Assembly: GCA_963764715.1 (NCBI GenBank) | Contig: CAVXTP010000012.1 | Span: 64,001-128,000 of the forward strand | Length of the DNA stretch: 64,000 bases | Direction: 5' to 3' | From: an uncultured Acidobacteriota bacterium | Lineage (GTDB): Bacteria; Acidobacteriota; Thermoanaerobaculia; UBA5066; Gp7-AA6 | Shown: piece after piece, positions 1 to 7,350 of the stretch | How the letters are laid out: each line of letters begins with the position of its first letter | Numbering within the stretch: the first letter of the stretch is position 1 | The notes under the pieces: generated by a model | Databases searched by the model: none | The model's input: the letters and a program-made list of their open reading frames with translations, nothing else | Told to the model about the DNA's origin: nothing | Translations under genes and position numbers: made by a program

Positions 1-92
1 CCGAGGAAGCGATGGTCGGCGCCGGCGCGGATGCGGAGCGCCGGGGAGGCGTCGAGGAGCGAAAGGAGGCGTTTGGTGAAGCGCGCGCTCAT
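1..92 (-). CDS. DUF2255-like protein, 5' part (runs off window)
   Basis: Hand translation from ATG at 92: MSARFTKRLLSLLDASPALRIRAGADHRFLG; resembles DUF2255 N-termini. Only 30 codons visible. Confidence 0.45.
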   Translation of the reverse strand, partial: MSARFTKRLLSLLDASPALRIRAGADHRFL

Positions 93-181
93 GCGAGGTT
101 GCGGCTACTTTAGCGCCGTCATCGTTTCCGTGAGGCCCGAGTCGCGAGCCAGGCGCCAGCAGCATGATTTGGGCGGGAAGA

Positions 182-335
182 GGGCGGGGGTAAACCCCGC
201 CCCTACGACCCGGGGGCGATGCCGACGGATCCTTGATTTTCGCGCCTTGGTCGTAGGGGCGGCGATGTCGCCGTCCTTCGGACGGCGCCTCCTACTGCCG
301 GGGGTTTGCCTTCGGTGGCCGGACCGTGGCCGCCC
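182..335. repeat. Composite GTAG-type REP element
   Basis: GGGCGGGGGTAAACCCCGCCCCTAC (182-206), a 46-nt linker, then a GTAG unit at 253-335 nearly identical to 4817-4898. Confidence 0.85.
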
Positions 336-355
336 TCATCCGCGATCGGCCCGAT

Positions 356-1546
356 CTACACCGGGCAGGCCGGCGAGACGAACGGCGGCACATCGTAGTC
401 GGGCGCGGGGTCGGGGTGCCGGACCTTGAAGTCGAGCACCTCCGCCAGGTTGTTCGCGCCGGCGTCGCGGGTGGAGAGGGGCTCGAGGTTGAAGCGCCAC
501 TCGATCATCTTCAGGATCGAGGTGTGGTCGTAGACGCCGTTGGCGACGTGGCCGCGGTGCGCGAGCGGCGAGACGACGAGGCACGGCACGCGGAACCCGC
601 GGAGCTCGAAGAACGCGTTGACGTCCGTGGCGAAGGGCGGAGGGACGTGGTCGAAGAAGCCTCCCCACTCGTCGAAGTTGATGACGAGGACGGTGCGCGC
701 CCAGTTCGGGCTCGTCGTGACGGCGCGGTAGGTCTGGTAGAGCCAGGACTCCCCCGCCCGAACGTCGCCGTGCGGGTGGTCGTCCGAGGAGGTCCCGGCT
801 TCGGCGCCGGCGAAGGGCGGATCGACGAATGAGACCTCGGGCAGATTCCCGGAAGCGCAGTCGTCGACGAAGTCGGAGTAGGAACGCATGATGCCCGCGT
901 ACTTCGGGCCCCACAGGGCGATGAACGGAATGTCCGAGAAGTAGTAGCGCCCGTCGAGGCCGCGGGCGGCGAGCCGGTCCCAGATCGTCGGCAGCGTGCA
1001 GAGGTCGGTCGACTCGTCGGTGCGATCGGTGACTCCCGCGTGCTGGTAGAGGCGGTTGGGAATGCTGGGCGCCATGATCGACGAGAAGTACCGGTCGCAG
1101 ACGGTCCAGTCGGGCGCCGCGTTTCCGAGAAACGGAAGGTCCTCCTGGCGGTAGTAGCCGATCGCGTATTCGTCGTTCGAGCCCGCGCGGAGCCACCCGT
1201 CACAGGCGCGCTCGTTGTACTCGATGCGCCCGCCCCGGAAGGAATGATCGGGGCCGGGGTGACCGCAGCCCTGGAAGTCGGGGGCGAGAGGATGGGTCTC
1301 GAAGGCCGCTCCGTTGTTGTCGGTGTAGACGAGGCCGGCCTGCCGGCCTTCCGCGCCGGGCAGCCAGCCGAGGAGGTGATCGAACGACCGGTTCTCCATC
1401 ATCGCGACGACGATGTGATCGATGCCGCTCTTGCCGGGCTTGGGCAACCTGTGCCTCGGGGCGGCAAAGGCGATCGTGCGGCCGGTCGAGAAGGAGGCCA
1501 GGGCGGCGGTCGAACCGTAGATGAACTGGCGTCGGGTATGGGGCAC
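356..1546 (-). CDS. Phosphoesterase / phospholipase C family protein, Tat-exported
   Basis: HIVVAMMENRSFDH, PNRLY, DEWGGFFDHV and GFRVP motifs; TRRQF twin-arginine leader after GTG 1546 with GGAGG RBS. Confidence 0.9.
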   Translation of the reverse strand: MPHTRRQFIYGSTAALASFSTGRTIAFAAPRHRLPKPGKSGIDHIVVAMMENRSFDHLLGWLPGAEGRQAGLVYTDNNGAAFETHPLAPDFQGCGHPGPDHSFRGGRIEYNERACDGWLRAGSNDEYAIGYYRQEDLPFLGNAAPDWTVCDRYFSSIMAPSIPNRLYQHAGVTDRTDESTDLCTLPTIWDRLAARGLDGRYYFSDIPFIALWGPKYAGIMRSYSDFVDDCASGNLPEVSFVDPPFAGAEAGTSSDDHPHGDVRAGESWLYQTYRAVTTSPNWARTVLVINFDEWGGFFDHVPPPFATDVNAFFELRGFRVPCLVVSPLAHRGHVANGVYDHTSILKMIEWRFNLEPLSTRDAGANNLAEVLDFKVRHPDPAPDYDVPPFVSPACPV

Positions 1547-1693
1547 GAGAAACCTCCGTCCGGCCCGTCGTCGGCCGTCCTCAGCGTTGACGCCTCGCGC
1601 CGGTTGCGAGGTTGAGTACGGGTCGGTGCAAGGGGCGTGCCCTCGGGGAGGGGCCTTCCGAGCGTCGGCGGGAATGAAATATGTGGAGATTCT

Positions 1694-1753
1694 CGGGCAA
1701 TGCCCGTCAGGTGGGATATCCCACTTGACAAGAATCCCACCCGCGACTATGCT
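1694..1753 (+). promoter_or_regulatory. Sigma70 promoter with palindromic operator
   Basis: TTGACA 1725-1730, 17-nt spacer, TATGCT 1748-1753; perfect palindrome GTGGGATATCCCAC 1711-1724; half-site ATCCCAC 1734-1740; CGGGCA-A-TGCCCG 1694-1706. Confidence 0.8.
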
Positions 1754-1759
1754 GGATCG

Positions 1760-2035
1760 ATGAGTGAATCGGGCAAGGCGAAAGGCGCCTACCGGCTCCG
1801 GCCTGACTCGAAAGGTCGAATCACCCTGGGAAAGCTCGCCGACGGAGTCAGCAGCTACCGCGCGCGCAAACAGGCCGACGGAAAAATAGTCCTGGAGCCT
1901 TTTGTCGAGATCCCGGCCGAGGAGCGGTGGCTCTGGGAGAACAAGGAAGCGCTGAAGAGCGTGATGAAGGGCATCCAAGACGCGAAGGCGGGGCGCCTGA
2001 TCTCTCGGGGATCGTTCAAGAAGTACCTCAAGTAG
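1760..2035 (+). CDS. AbrB/MazE-like antitoxin-type DNA-binding protein (probably leaderless)
   Basis: RLRPDSKGRITLGK N-terminus and IPAEERWLWENKEALKSVMKGIQDAKAGR C-terminus; ATG 6 nt after the -10 box, no RBS. Confidence 0.7.
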   Translation: MSESGKAKGAYRLRPDSKGRITLGKLADGVSSYRARKQADGKIVLEPFVEIPAEERWLWENKEALKSVMKGIQDAKAGRLISRGSFKKYLK

Positions 2036-2091
2036 CGGCGAGTGCCCTACTCGGCGCCCCCTCCGCCACCCCTCTTCGTCTAGGAGCCAGA

Positions 2092-2328
2092 CTGCCCAGG
2101 ATCGCGAGCATCGGCCCGTACCGGTTCTTCTTCTTCAGCAACGAAGGAGACGAGCCGCCGCACATCCATGTGCAGCATGACCGGAAAATGGCCAAGTTCT
2201 GGCTCGAACCCGTGGCCCTGGCGTCCTCCGGCAGGTTTTCCGCTCCCGAACTGCAAGCCGTTGAGCGTATCGTAGAGGCGAACCGGCAGAGATTCCTGGA
2301 GGCTTGGAATGGGTTCTTCGGTCGTTGA
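2092..2328 (+). CDS. DUF4160 family protein (putative TA component), CTG start
   Basis: PRIASIGPYRFFFFSNEGDEPPHIHV...AKFWLEP...W; AGGAG RBS 5 nt before CTG 2092. Confidence 0.85.
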   Translation: MPRIASIGPYRFFFFSNEGDEPPHIHVQHDRKMAKFWLEPVALASSGRFSAPELQAVERIVEANRQRFLEAWNGFFGR

Positions 2329-2566
2329 AGCAAAGCCGCGCGCACAGAAGGTGGACGTCACGGAAGACGATCTGACCGTGACGCTGGCGGATGGGCGGCG
2401 GGTCAGTGTTCCCCTGGCCTGGTTTCCGCGGCTGCTTCACGCCTCTCCCGCGCAACGGAGCAACTGGCAACTGTTGGGAGACGGAGAGGGAATTCACTGG
2501 CCGGACGTCGATGAGGATCTCAGCGTGGCCGGGATTCTGCGCGGGGTTCCGGCTCCAGGCAGGTAG
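2309..2566 (+). CDS. DUF2442 family protein (putative TA component)
   Basis: LADGRRVSVPLAWFPRL...GIHWPDVDEDLSV; overlaps DUF4160 stop. Confidence 0.9.
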   Translation: MGSSVVEAKPRAQKVDVTEDDLTVTLADGRRVSVPLAWFPRLLHASPAQRSNWQLLGDGEGIHWPDVDEDLSVAGILRGVPAPGR

Positions 2567-2598
2567 CGGCGCCTCGCCCACAGGGGGAGGCCGAAGGC

Positions 2599-2623
2599 GG
2601 GCGGGGGTGAACCCCGCCCCTAC
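2599..2623. repeat. GTAG-type REP
   Basis: GGGCGGGGGTGAACCCCGCCCCTAC hairpin between convergent genes. Confidence 0.85.
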
Positions 2624-2663
2624 GACCGGGGCGCGTGGGGTCGTCCGCCCGCGCTGGTCTGCC

Positions 2664-3380
2664 CTAGAAGCTCGACCCGTCCGGCCAGTGCAGCCCCAGC
2701 GCCTTCGCAAGGAACACCGCCATCTGCCGGCGCGTCAACGGCGCGTCCGGACAGTAGTTGCCGCCGCCGCATCCGGCCGTTATGCCCGAGGCCACGATTG
2801 CCTCGATGAACTGGAACGCCGGGTCCGACGTCGGGACGTCGTTGAACGTGGCCGTCGCGGGCGCCGGGCTGACCTGCAGCTGGTAGTAGATGCGCACGGC
2901 ACCGAAGGTCTCGGTCCCGTCGAAGGGGACGTTGCCCACGCCGACCTGGTACCGGTTGACCCGGTTGTCGACCGTCTCCGAAACCGGAAGGACGTCGGTG
3001 AAGACCTGGCAGCCGGCGGTCTCGACGAGGCCCGTGTCCACCACGCTGATCTGAACGGTGTTTCCCGATCCGACGCGAAACAGCTTCGCCAGGAGCTTTC
3101 CGTTGTCCGCCTGGTCGCACGCCTCGAGCTCCATCGCGAGGATCAGCGCGCCCTGCGGGAGGTGGACCCCCGCGAAGAACTCTCCGTCCGAGGTCGAGTA
3201 CCTCTGCATGTCCACGGTGCGCGCGGTCCCGACGGTCGACTCCGAGGGCTGCATGTCGAACGCCGTGACCACCAGGGTCGACACGGAATCGACGCCGAAC
3301 CTCGGGGCCGCCTGCGCCGCCAGATTGGCCGCGGCGACGAGAGCCAGGGCCGCCGAGATGAAGGTCTTGTTCATGGTCAT
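2664..3380 (-). CDS. Secreted protein with C-terminal SLH-like domain
   Basis: Signal peptide; FNDVP...GITAGCGGGNYCPDAPLTRRQMAVFL. Confidence 0.85.
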   Translation of the reverse strand: MTMNKTFISAALALVAAANLAAQAAPRFGVDSVSTLVVTAFDMQPSESTVGTARTVDMQRYSTSDGEFFAGVHLPQGALILAMELEACDQADNGKLLAKLFRVGSGNTVQISVVDTGLVETAGCQVFTDVLPVSETVDNRVNRYQVGVGNVPFDGTETFGAVRIYYQLQVSPAPATATFNDVPTSDPAFQFIEAIVASGITAGCGGGNYCPDAPLTRRQMAVFLAKALGLHWPDGSSF

Positions 3381-3469
3381 GACGTCCTTTCTGGTTCGCA
3401 TCGAAGTCTCTCCCGGAAACGACCGCCGGCGATCAGATTAAGCAGCACGCGGGTTGCGACGCCGGAAGC

Positions 3470-3494
3470 GGGCGGGGACCAGCCCCGCCCCTGC
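3470..3494. repeat. GTAG-type REP (GCAG variant)
   Basis: GGGCGGGGACCAGCCCCGCCCCTGC between two SLH genes. Confidence 0.75.
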
Positions 3495-3542
3495 GGCCGG
3501 GGCCTGACCGTAGACGATGAAGCGAGGACGGCCGGGACTCCC

Positions 3543-4274
3543 CTAGTTGACCAACCCGTCCGACCAGTAGAGACCGAGGGCCTTGGAGAGGAAGACGGCC
3601 ATCTGCCGGCGCGTCAGGGGCGCGTCGGGACAGTAGTTGCCGTTGCCGCAGCCCGCGGTGATCCCCGAGAAGACCAGCGCCTGGATGAACTGGAACGCCG
3701 GGTCCGTGAGCGGAACGTCGTTGAAGGTGGGCGACGACGGCGCGGGGCTGACCTGGAGGCGGTACTGGACGTGGACGACGCCGAAGGTCGTCTGTCCGTC
3801 GGCGGTGTTGTTTCCGCCGACGACGATGTACCGATACGAGGCCTGGTCGACGGTCTCCGGAACGGGAAGGCTCGAGATGACGAAAGTGCAGCCCGGCGTC
3901 TCCGTGGTTCCGGTGCTCGCGGTGGCGAGCAGCGTGGCCCCCGCGTAGTCCATCCGGAAGAGGGAGAACGACACCTCGCCTTCGACCGAGTCGTCGCAGG
4001 CTTCGAGGCCGATCTCGTCGATGAGGGCGCCCTGCGGCAGATGGGCGGCGCCCATGAAGCCCCCCGACGGGCCCGTGCGATATCGATATCCGTTGCCCGT
4101 GTTGTCCCAGGTCACCGACGAGTTGATCGGCTGCATGTCCCAGGCCGTCACCGAGTAATGCGAGTCCCCCTGAGTGCCCCACGATGGGGTCGCCGGGCCC
4201 GCCGCGAAGAGAGACGAGGCGACAAGCGCGGAACCGATGACGAACCCGCCGATGGCGCCAGGCCGCTTTCTCAT
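3543..4274 (-). CDS. Secreted SLH-like protein, paralog of 2664-3380
   Basis: MRKRPGAIGG signal; shared HLPQGALI..LEACD core and near-identical SLH tail. Confidence 0.85.
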   Translation of the reverse strand: MRKRPGAIGGFVIGSALVASSLFAAGPATPSWGTQGDSHYSVTAWDMQPINSSVTWDNTGNGYRYRTGPSGGFMGAAHLPQGALIDEIGLEACDDSVEGEVSFSLFRMDYAGATLLATASTGTTETPGCTFVISSLPVPETVDQASYRYIVVGGNNTADGQTTFGVVHVQYRLQVSPAPSSPTFNDVPLTDPAFQFIQALVFSGITAGCGNGNYCPDAPLTRRQMAVFLSKALGLYWSDGLVN

Positions 4275-4344
4275 TGGACGTCCTTTCGTTGGTGCTAGGC
4301 GATGCCCTTTCCCATCACGCGCAAACCCGCGCCGGGAGGGATCA

Positions 4345-4441
4345 GGGCGGGGACGAGCCCCGCCCCTACGACCGGGGTGCGACGTCATGCCCATCCACAA
4401 CATCCGCGATCTCGTCGTAGGGGCGGCCCTCGCGGCCGCCC
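4345..4441. repeat. REP doublet (A hairpin, 47-nt linker, B hairpin)
   Basis: GGGCGGGGACGAGCCCCGCCCCTAC...GTAGGGGCGGCCCTCGCGGCCGCCC; abuts the stop codon at 4442. Confidence 0.9.
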
Positions 4442-6187
4442 TCACCGGGAAAGAAAGGCGCGCAGCCACTCGAGAACCGCCCAGGTCGCGTCGAGGTCCT
4501 CCTCGTTGTAGGCGAGGATCTCGCGGACGATGGCCTCGCGGGCGGCGGGGTCGTTGGATTCGGTGGCCTCGATGTACCTGGCGATCGACCAGGTGCCGTT
4601 GGCGGAGGTGTCGCGGCGGTGGAAGCCGACGAAGGTCTCGACGACCTTGAGGGAATAGCTCGGGAGCGGGAGGACGACCGAGTTGCGGACGACGGACAGC
4701 AGGTCGACGAGGTTGGACAGCACGCGTGCGGCCACACCGGAGGGGGCGGGGACAAGCCCCGCCCCTACGACCGGGGACGCGACGGCCTGACCATCCGGAA
4801 CATCCGCGCTCTCGTCGTAGGGGCGGGATGTCGCCGTCCTTCGGACGGCGTCTCCTACTGCTGCGGGTTTGCCTTCGGTGGCCGGACCGTGCCCGCCCGC
4901 CTCCACGACCGGGGACGCGACGGCCTGACCATCCGGAACATCCGCGCTCTCGTCGTAGGGGCGGCCCTTGCGGCCGCCCATCCCTGGAGGGGATAGAGCT
5001 GCGTCGCCGTAGCGCCTGACGTACTCGGTGATGCGGGTCTTCTCGTGGCTGCTCCAGGCGACGAACGGGAGGTCGGGGCCGTACTCGGTGAAGAGGCGGT
5101 CGGCGAGCTCCAGGAAGGCGAACCAGCCTTCGCGGTCGCCGTCGGGGCCGAATCCCGACTGGGCGGGCATGTAGCTCGAAGGCTTCTCGCCGAACACCTT
5201 AACGCCCCAGAGGTAGGTGCGATCGAGCTCGTCGGCGTAGGGCGGCAGTCCCTCGAGATCGAGAATCGCGAAGTTGGGCGCGGCCGGGGGCTCGGGGGCG
5301 TCGTCGAGACGGATGGCGGCCTTCGACATCCAGGACTCGGCGCTCCGGACGAGCGGCGCGACGAAGTCCTTCGGCCGCGGCTTCCGCACGCCGGTCCAGA
5401 AGTAGTCGCGAAGGGCGGGGTCGTCGACCGCCTTCGGGATGTCCGCGATCGTGCGAATGCCGAGGCGGTCGAACTCGCGCGCGCGGTTCTGATTGACGCG
5501 GTAGAGCAGCGCGACGTCCTGCCGGGCCTCGGCCTCGGCGCGGCAGCGGTCCTCGAAGCCGCAGCCGGCGCACTTGGTCCAGCCGGTGGGCTCGTAGACG
5601 GCGGGATCGGCGGCGCGCATGGCGAGGTGCTCGCGCAGGGCATCGAGGACGGACTTCTCCCCCTCGTACGCCACGGCCACGATGTCGTCGTCGCCGGCGT
5701 GGACCTCGAGCTCCGTCGGGCGCTTGCCGGCGACGCGCTCGAAGAGGAAGCCGTAGATCTGGAGCTGCGCGGGGATCCCCCGGTGGCGCGGCGAGAAGAC
5801 GTTGCGGGCGAGCTTGGAGTCGCGGATCTTGTAGCCGCCGCGCGCGGCGTCGCGGATCAGGAAGTCGGGCTCGCCGACGAGCTCGAGCGTTTCGCCGTCG
5901 AGGCGGAGCTCGAGGCGCAAGCGCGGCTGGTAGATCGCGGCGGCGCCGTCGCGGATCGCCTCGAGGGTCGCGCGCTCGCGCCCGGCCGGATCGAGCCCGG
6001 CCAGGTCGACGAGGCCGGCGAGGCTCGCGAGATGGCTCTCCTCGTGGAGGTGGCCGAGGTTCCGCAGGAGCTCGACGAAGGCGGTGTCGGTGTCCTGCTC
6101 CTCGACGCCACGGGCGCGCAGGGCCACCCGCCGAACGCATTCGGAGGGCTTGAAGTAGTCGTAGACGTCGGTGGCTTTGAAGCGCAA
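4442..6187 (-). CDS. TM0106 family RecB-like nuclease with RNase H-like C-domain, carrying an in-frame REP insertion
   Basis: GEPDFL..RDSKLA (PD-(D/E)XK), QLQIYG, KCAGCGFEDRC, LDLEG, SYSLKVVE, YNEEDLDAT; TTG 6187 with GGGGAG RBS. Confidence 0.85.
   Translation of the reverse strand: MRFKATDVYDYFKPSECVRRVALRARGVEEQDTDTAFVELLRNLGHLHEESHLASLAGLVDLAGLDPAGRERATLEAIRDGAAAIYQPRLRLELRLDGETLELVGEPDFLIRDAARGGYKIRDSKLARNVFSPRHRGIPAQLQIYGFLFERVAGKRPTELEVHAGDDDIVAVAYEGEKSVLDALREHLAMRAADPAVYEPTGWTKCAGCGFEDRCRAEAEARQDVALLYRVNQNRAREFDRLGIRTIADIPKAVDDPALRDYFWTGVRKPRPKDFVAPLVRSAESWMSKAAIRLDDAPEPPAAPNFAILDLEGLPPYADELDRTYLWGVKVFGEKPSSYMPAQSGFGPDGDREGWFAFLELADRLFTEYGPDLPFVAWSSHEKTRITEYVRRYGDAALSPPGMGGRKGRPYDESADVPDGQAVASPVVEAGGHGPATEGKPAAVGDAVRRTATSRPYDESADVPDGQAVASPVVGAGLVPAPSGVAARVLSNLVDLLSVVRNSVVLPLPSYSLKVVETFVGFHRRDTSANGTWSIARYIEATESNDPAAREAIVREILAYNEEDLDATWAVLEWLRAFLSR
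4745..5002. mobile_element. Composite REP element inserted in frame in the CDS
   Basis: A hairpin, two identical 48-nt linkers, a central unit matching 253-335 and a B hairpin; the ORF reads through it. Confidence 0.8.
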
Positions 6188-6255
6188 GGCGGGAGTCTCC
6201 CCTGTCGAGGGGATTGTGGCAGGTGCGGTGGGACAGATGAGGTCCGAGGCGGAGA

Positions 6256-6354
6256 GGGCGGGGACGAGCCCCGCCCCTGCGACGGGAGTTTCAGAGTTCA
6301 CAGCCGTCCGGGACATTCGCGCCCTCGTCGTAGGGGCGGCCCTTGTGGCCGCCC
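6256..6354. repeat. REP doublet
   Basis: A-type hairpin ending CTGC, 49-nt linker, GTAGGGGCGGCCCTTGTGGCCGCCC. Confidence 0.85.
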
Positions 6355-6368
6355 GTCCCCGAAAGCGA

Positions 6369-7265
6369 TTACGACCGGGAGGCCAGGGCTTCCACCAGGC
6401 CGTCGACCAGGAGCGCCGCCTGGGAGCCGTTCGGGTCCTTCTCGGCGTTCAGCTCGGTCACGGCGATCGCGGCGCAGGTGGGGGCGGCGACGAAGACTTT
6501 CAGCGCGGCGAAGGCCGGGGCGAGGTCGAGGCCGCGGGGATGGTGGACGTCGGCGGCGGGACACCTCGTCACGTCGACGTCGAAGTGGAGGAGGAACGCG
6601 TCCGAACGGCCCTGCACCACCGACAGCGCCTCGCGGGCCGCCGCGGCCGCGGCCGGACGAACGCGAGCCAGCGGGTATTTCGCCATGCGCGAGCGGTCCA
6701 GGACCTCCCGCTCGGGAGGATCGAGGAAGCCGGACTCGTCGTCATAGCCGAAGAGGACGATGTCCTCCTCCTGGAGGAGCGGGGTTCTCGGCCCGGCGGC
6801 GGCTAGCTCTGGAACACCGCGTCCCAGAATGTGCGCCATGACCATCCCGTCGAAGATCCCCGACTCAGTCGTCTCGGGGGTGTTGAGGTCCACGTCGCCG
6901 TCGAAGTAGAGGAGGCCGAGGCGCGGGAAATGGCGCAGCAGCCCCGCGAGGACGCCGAGGCTGATCGTGCAGTCGCCTCCCAGCACCAGCGGCACTCGGC
7001 CGCTCGCGACGGCCCGGGCGACCGCGTCCGCGGTCTGCCGGGCGACTTCGACGACGAGATCGGCGTTTTGTCGGCGCGGGTGGCCCGGGTCGGGACGGTA
7101 GGCGACGGCGGGCATGTCGCCGGAGTCCACGACGTCGAGGCCCGCCGCGATGAGCCGCTCGAGCAGGGCGGCCGCCCGGAAAGCGGCCGGCGCGCCCTCC
7201 TGTCCGGTTCGGCGAGCTCCCGCGCTCGAAGGCACGCCGATCAGGGCAAGTCCCGGCATCCGCAT
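6369..7265 (-). CDS. Arginase/agmatinase family protein
   Basis: LGGDCTIS, YFDGDVDLNTPET, LHFDVDV, VTELN; some canonical Mn ligands are altered. Confidence 0.85.
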   Translation of the reverse strand: MRMPGLALIGVPSSAGARRTGQEGAPAAFRAAALLERLIAAGLDVVDSGDMPAVAYRPDPGHPRRQNADLVVEVARQTADAVARAVASGRVPLVLGGDCTISLGVLAGLLRHFPRLGLLYFDGDVDLNTPETTESGIFDGMVMAHILGRGVPELAAAGPRTPLLQEEDIVLFGYDDESGFLDPPEREVLDRSRMAKYPLARVRPAAAAAAREALSVVQGRSDAFLLHFDVDVTRCPAADVHHPRGLDLAPAFAALKVFVAAPTCAAIAVTELNAEKDPNGSQAALLVDGLVEALASRS

Positions 7266-7350
7266 GGCAGTTCACCAGAACCCGCGATGCCGCGGAAAGG
7301 TTGCGGAGAAGCTTGAACGCGCTGCCCGGGCCGACCTCTGCCCTATCGCC

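Noticed and set aside
4739-4992. GGAGGGG direct repeat as target-site duplication of the in-frame insert
   Set aside because: The copies are 247 nt apart, so excision between them would shift the frame; the motif is also low complexity.
4442-6187. Cas4 or CRISPR adaptation gene
   Set aside because: Architecture fits TM0106 (PD-(D/E)XK plus RNase H-like); no cas1, cas2 or array.
6188-6316. N-terminal extension of the nuclease ORF
   Set aside because: It translates REP sequence; TTG 6187 has a good RBS.
182-6354. Classical integron attC sites
   Set aside because: No RYYYAAC...GTTRRRY ends and no integrase; the elements are GTAG-tagged.
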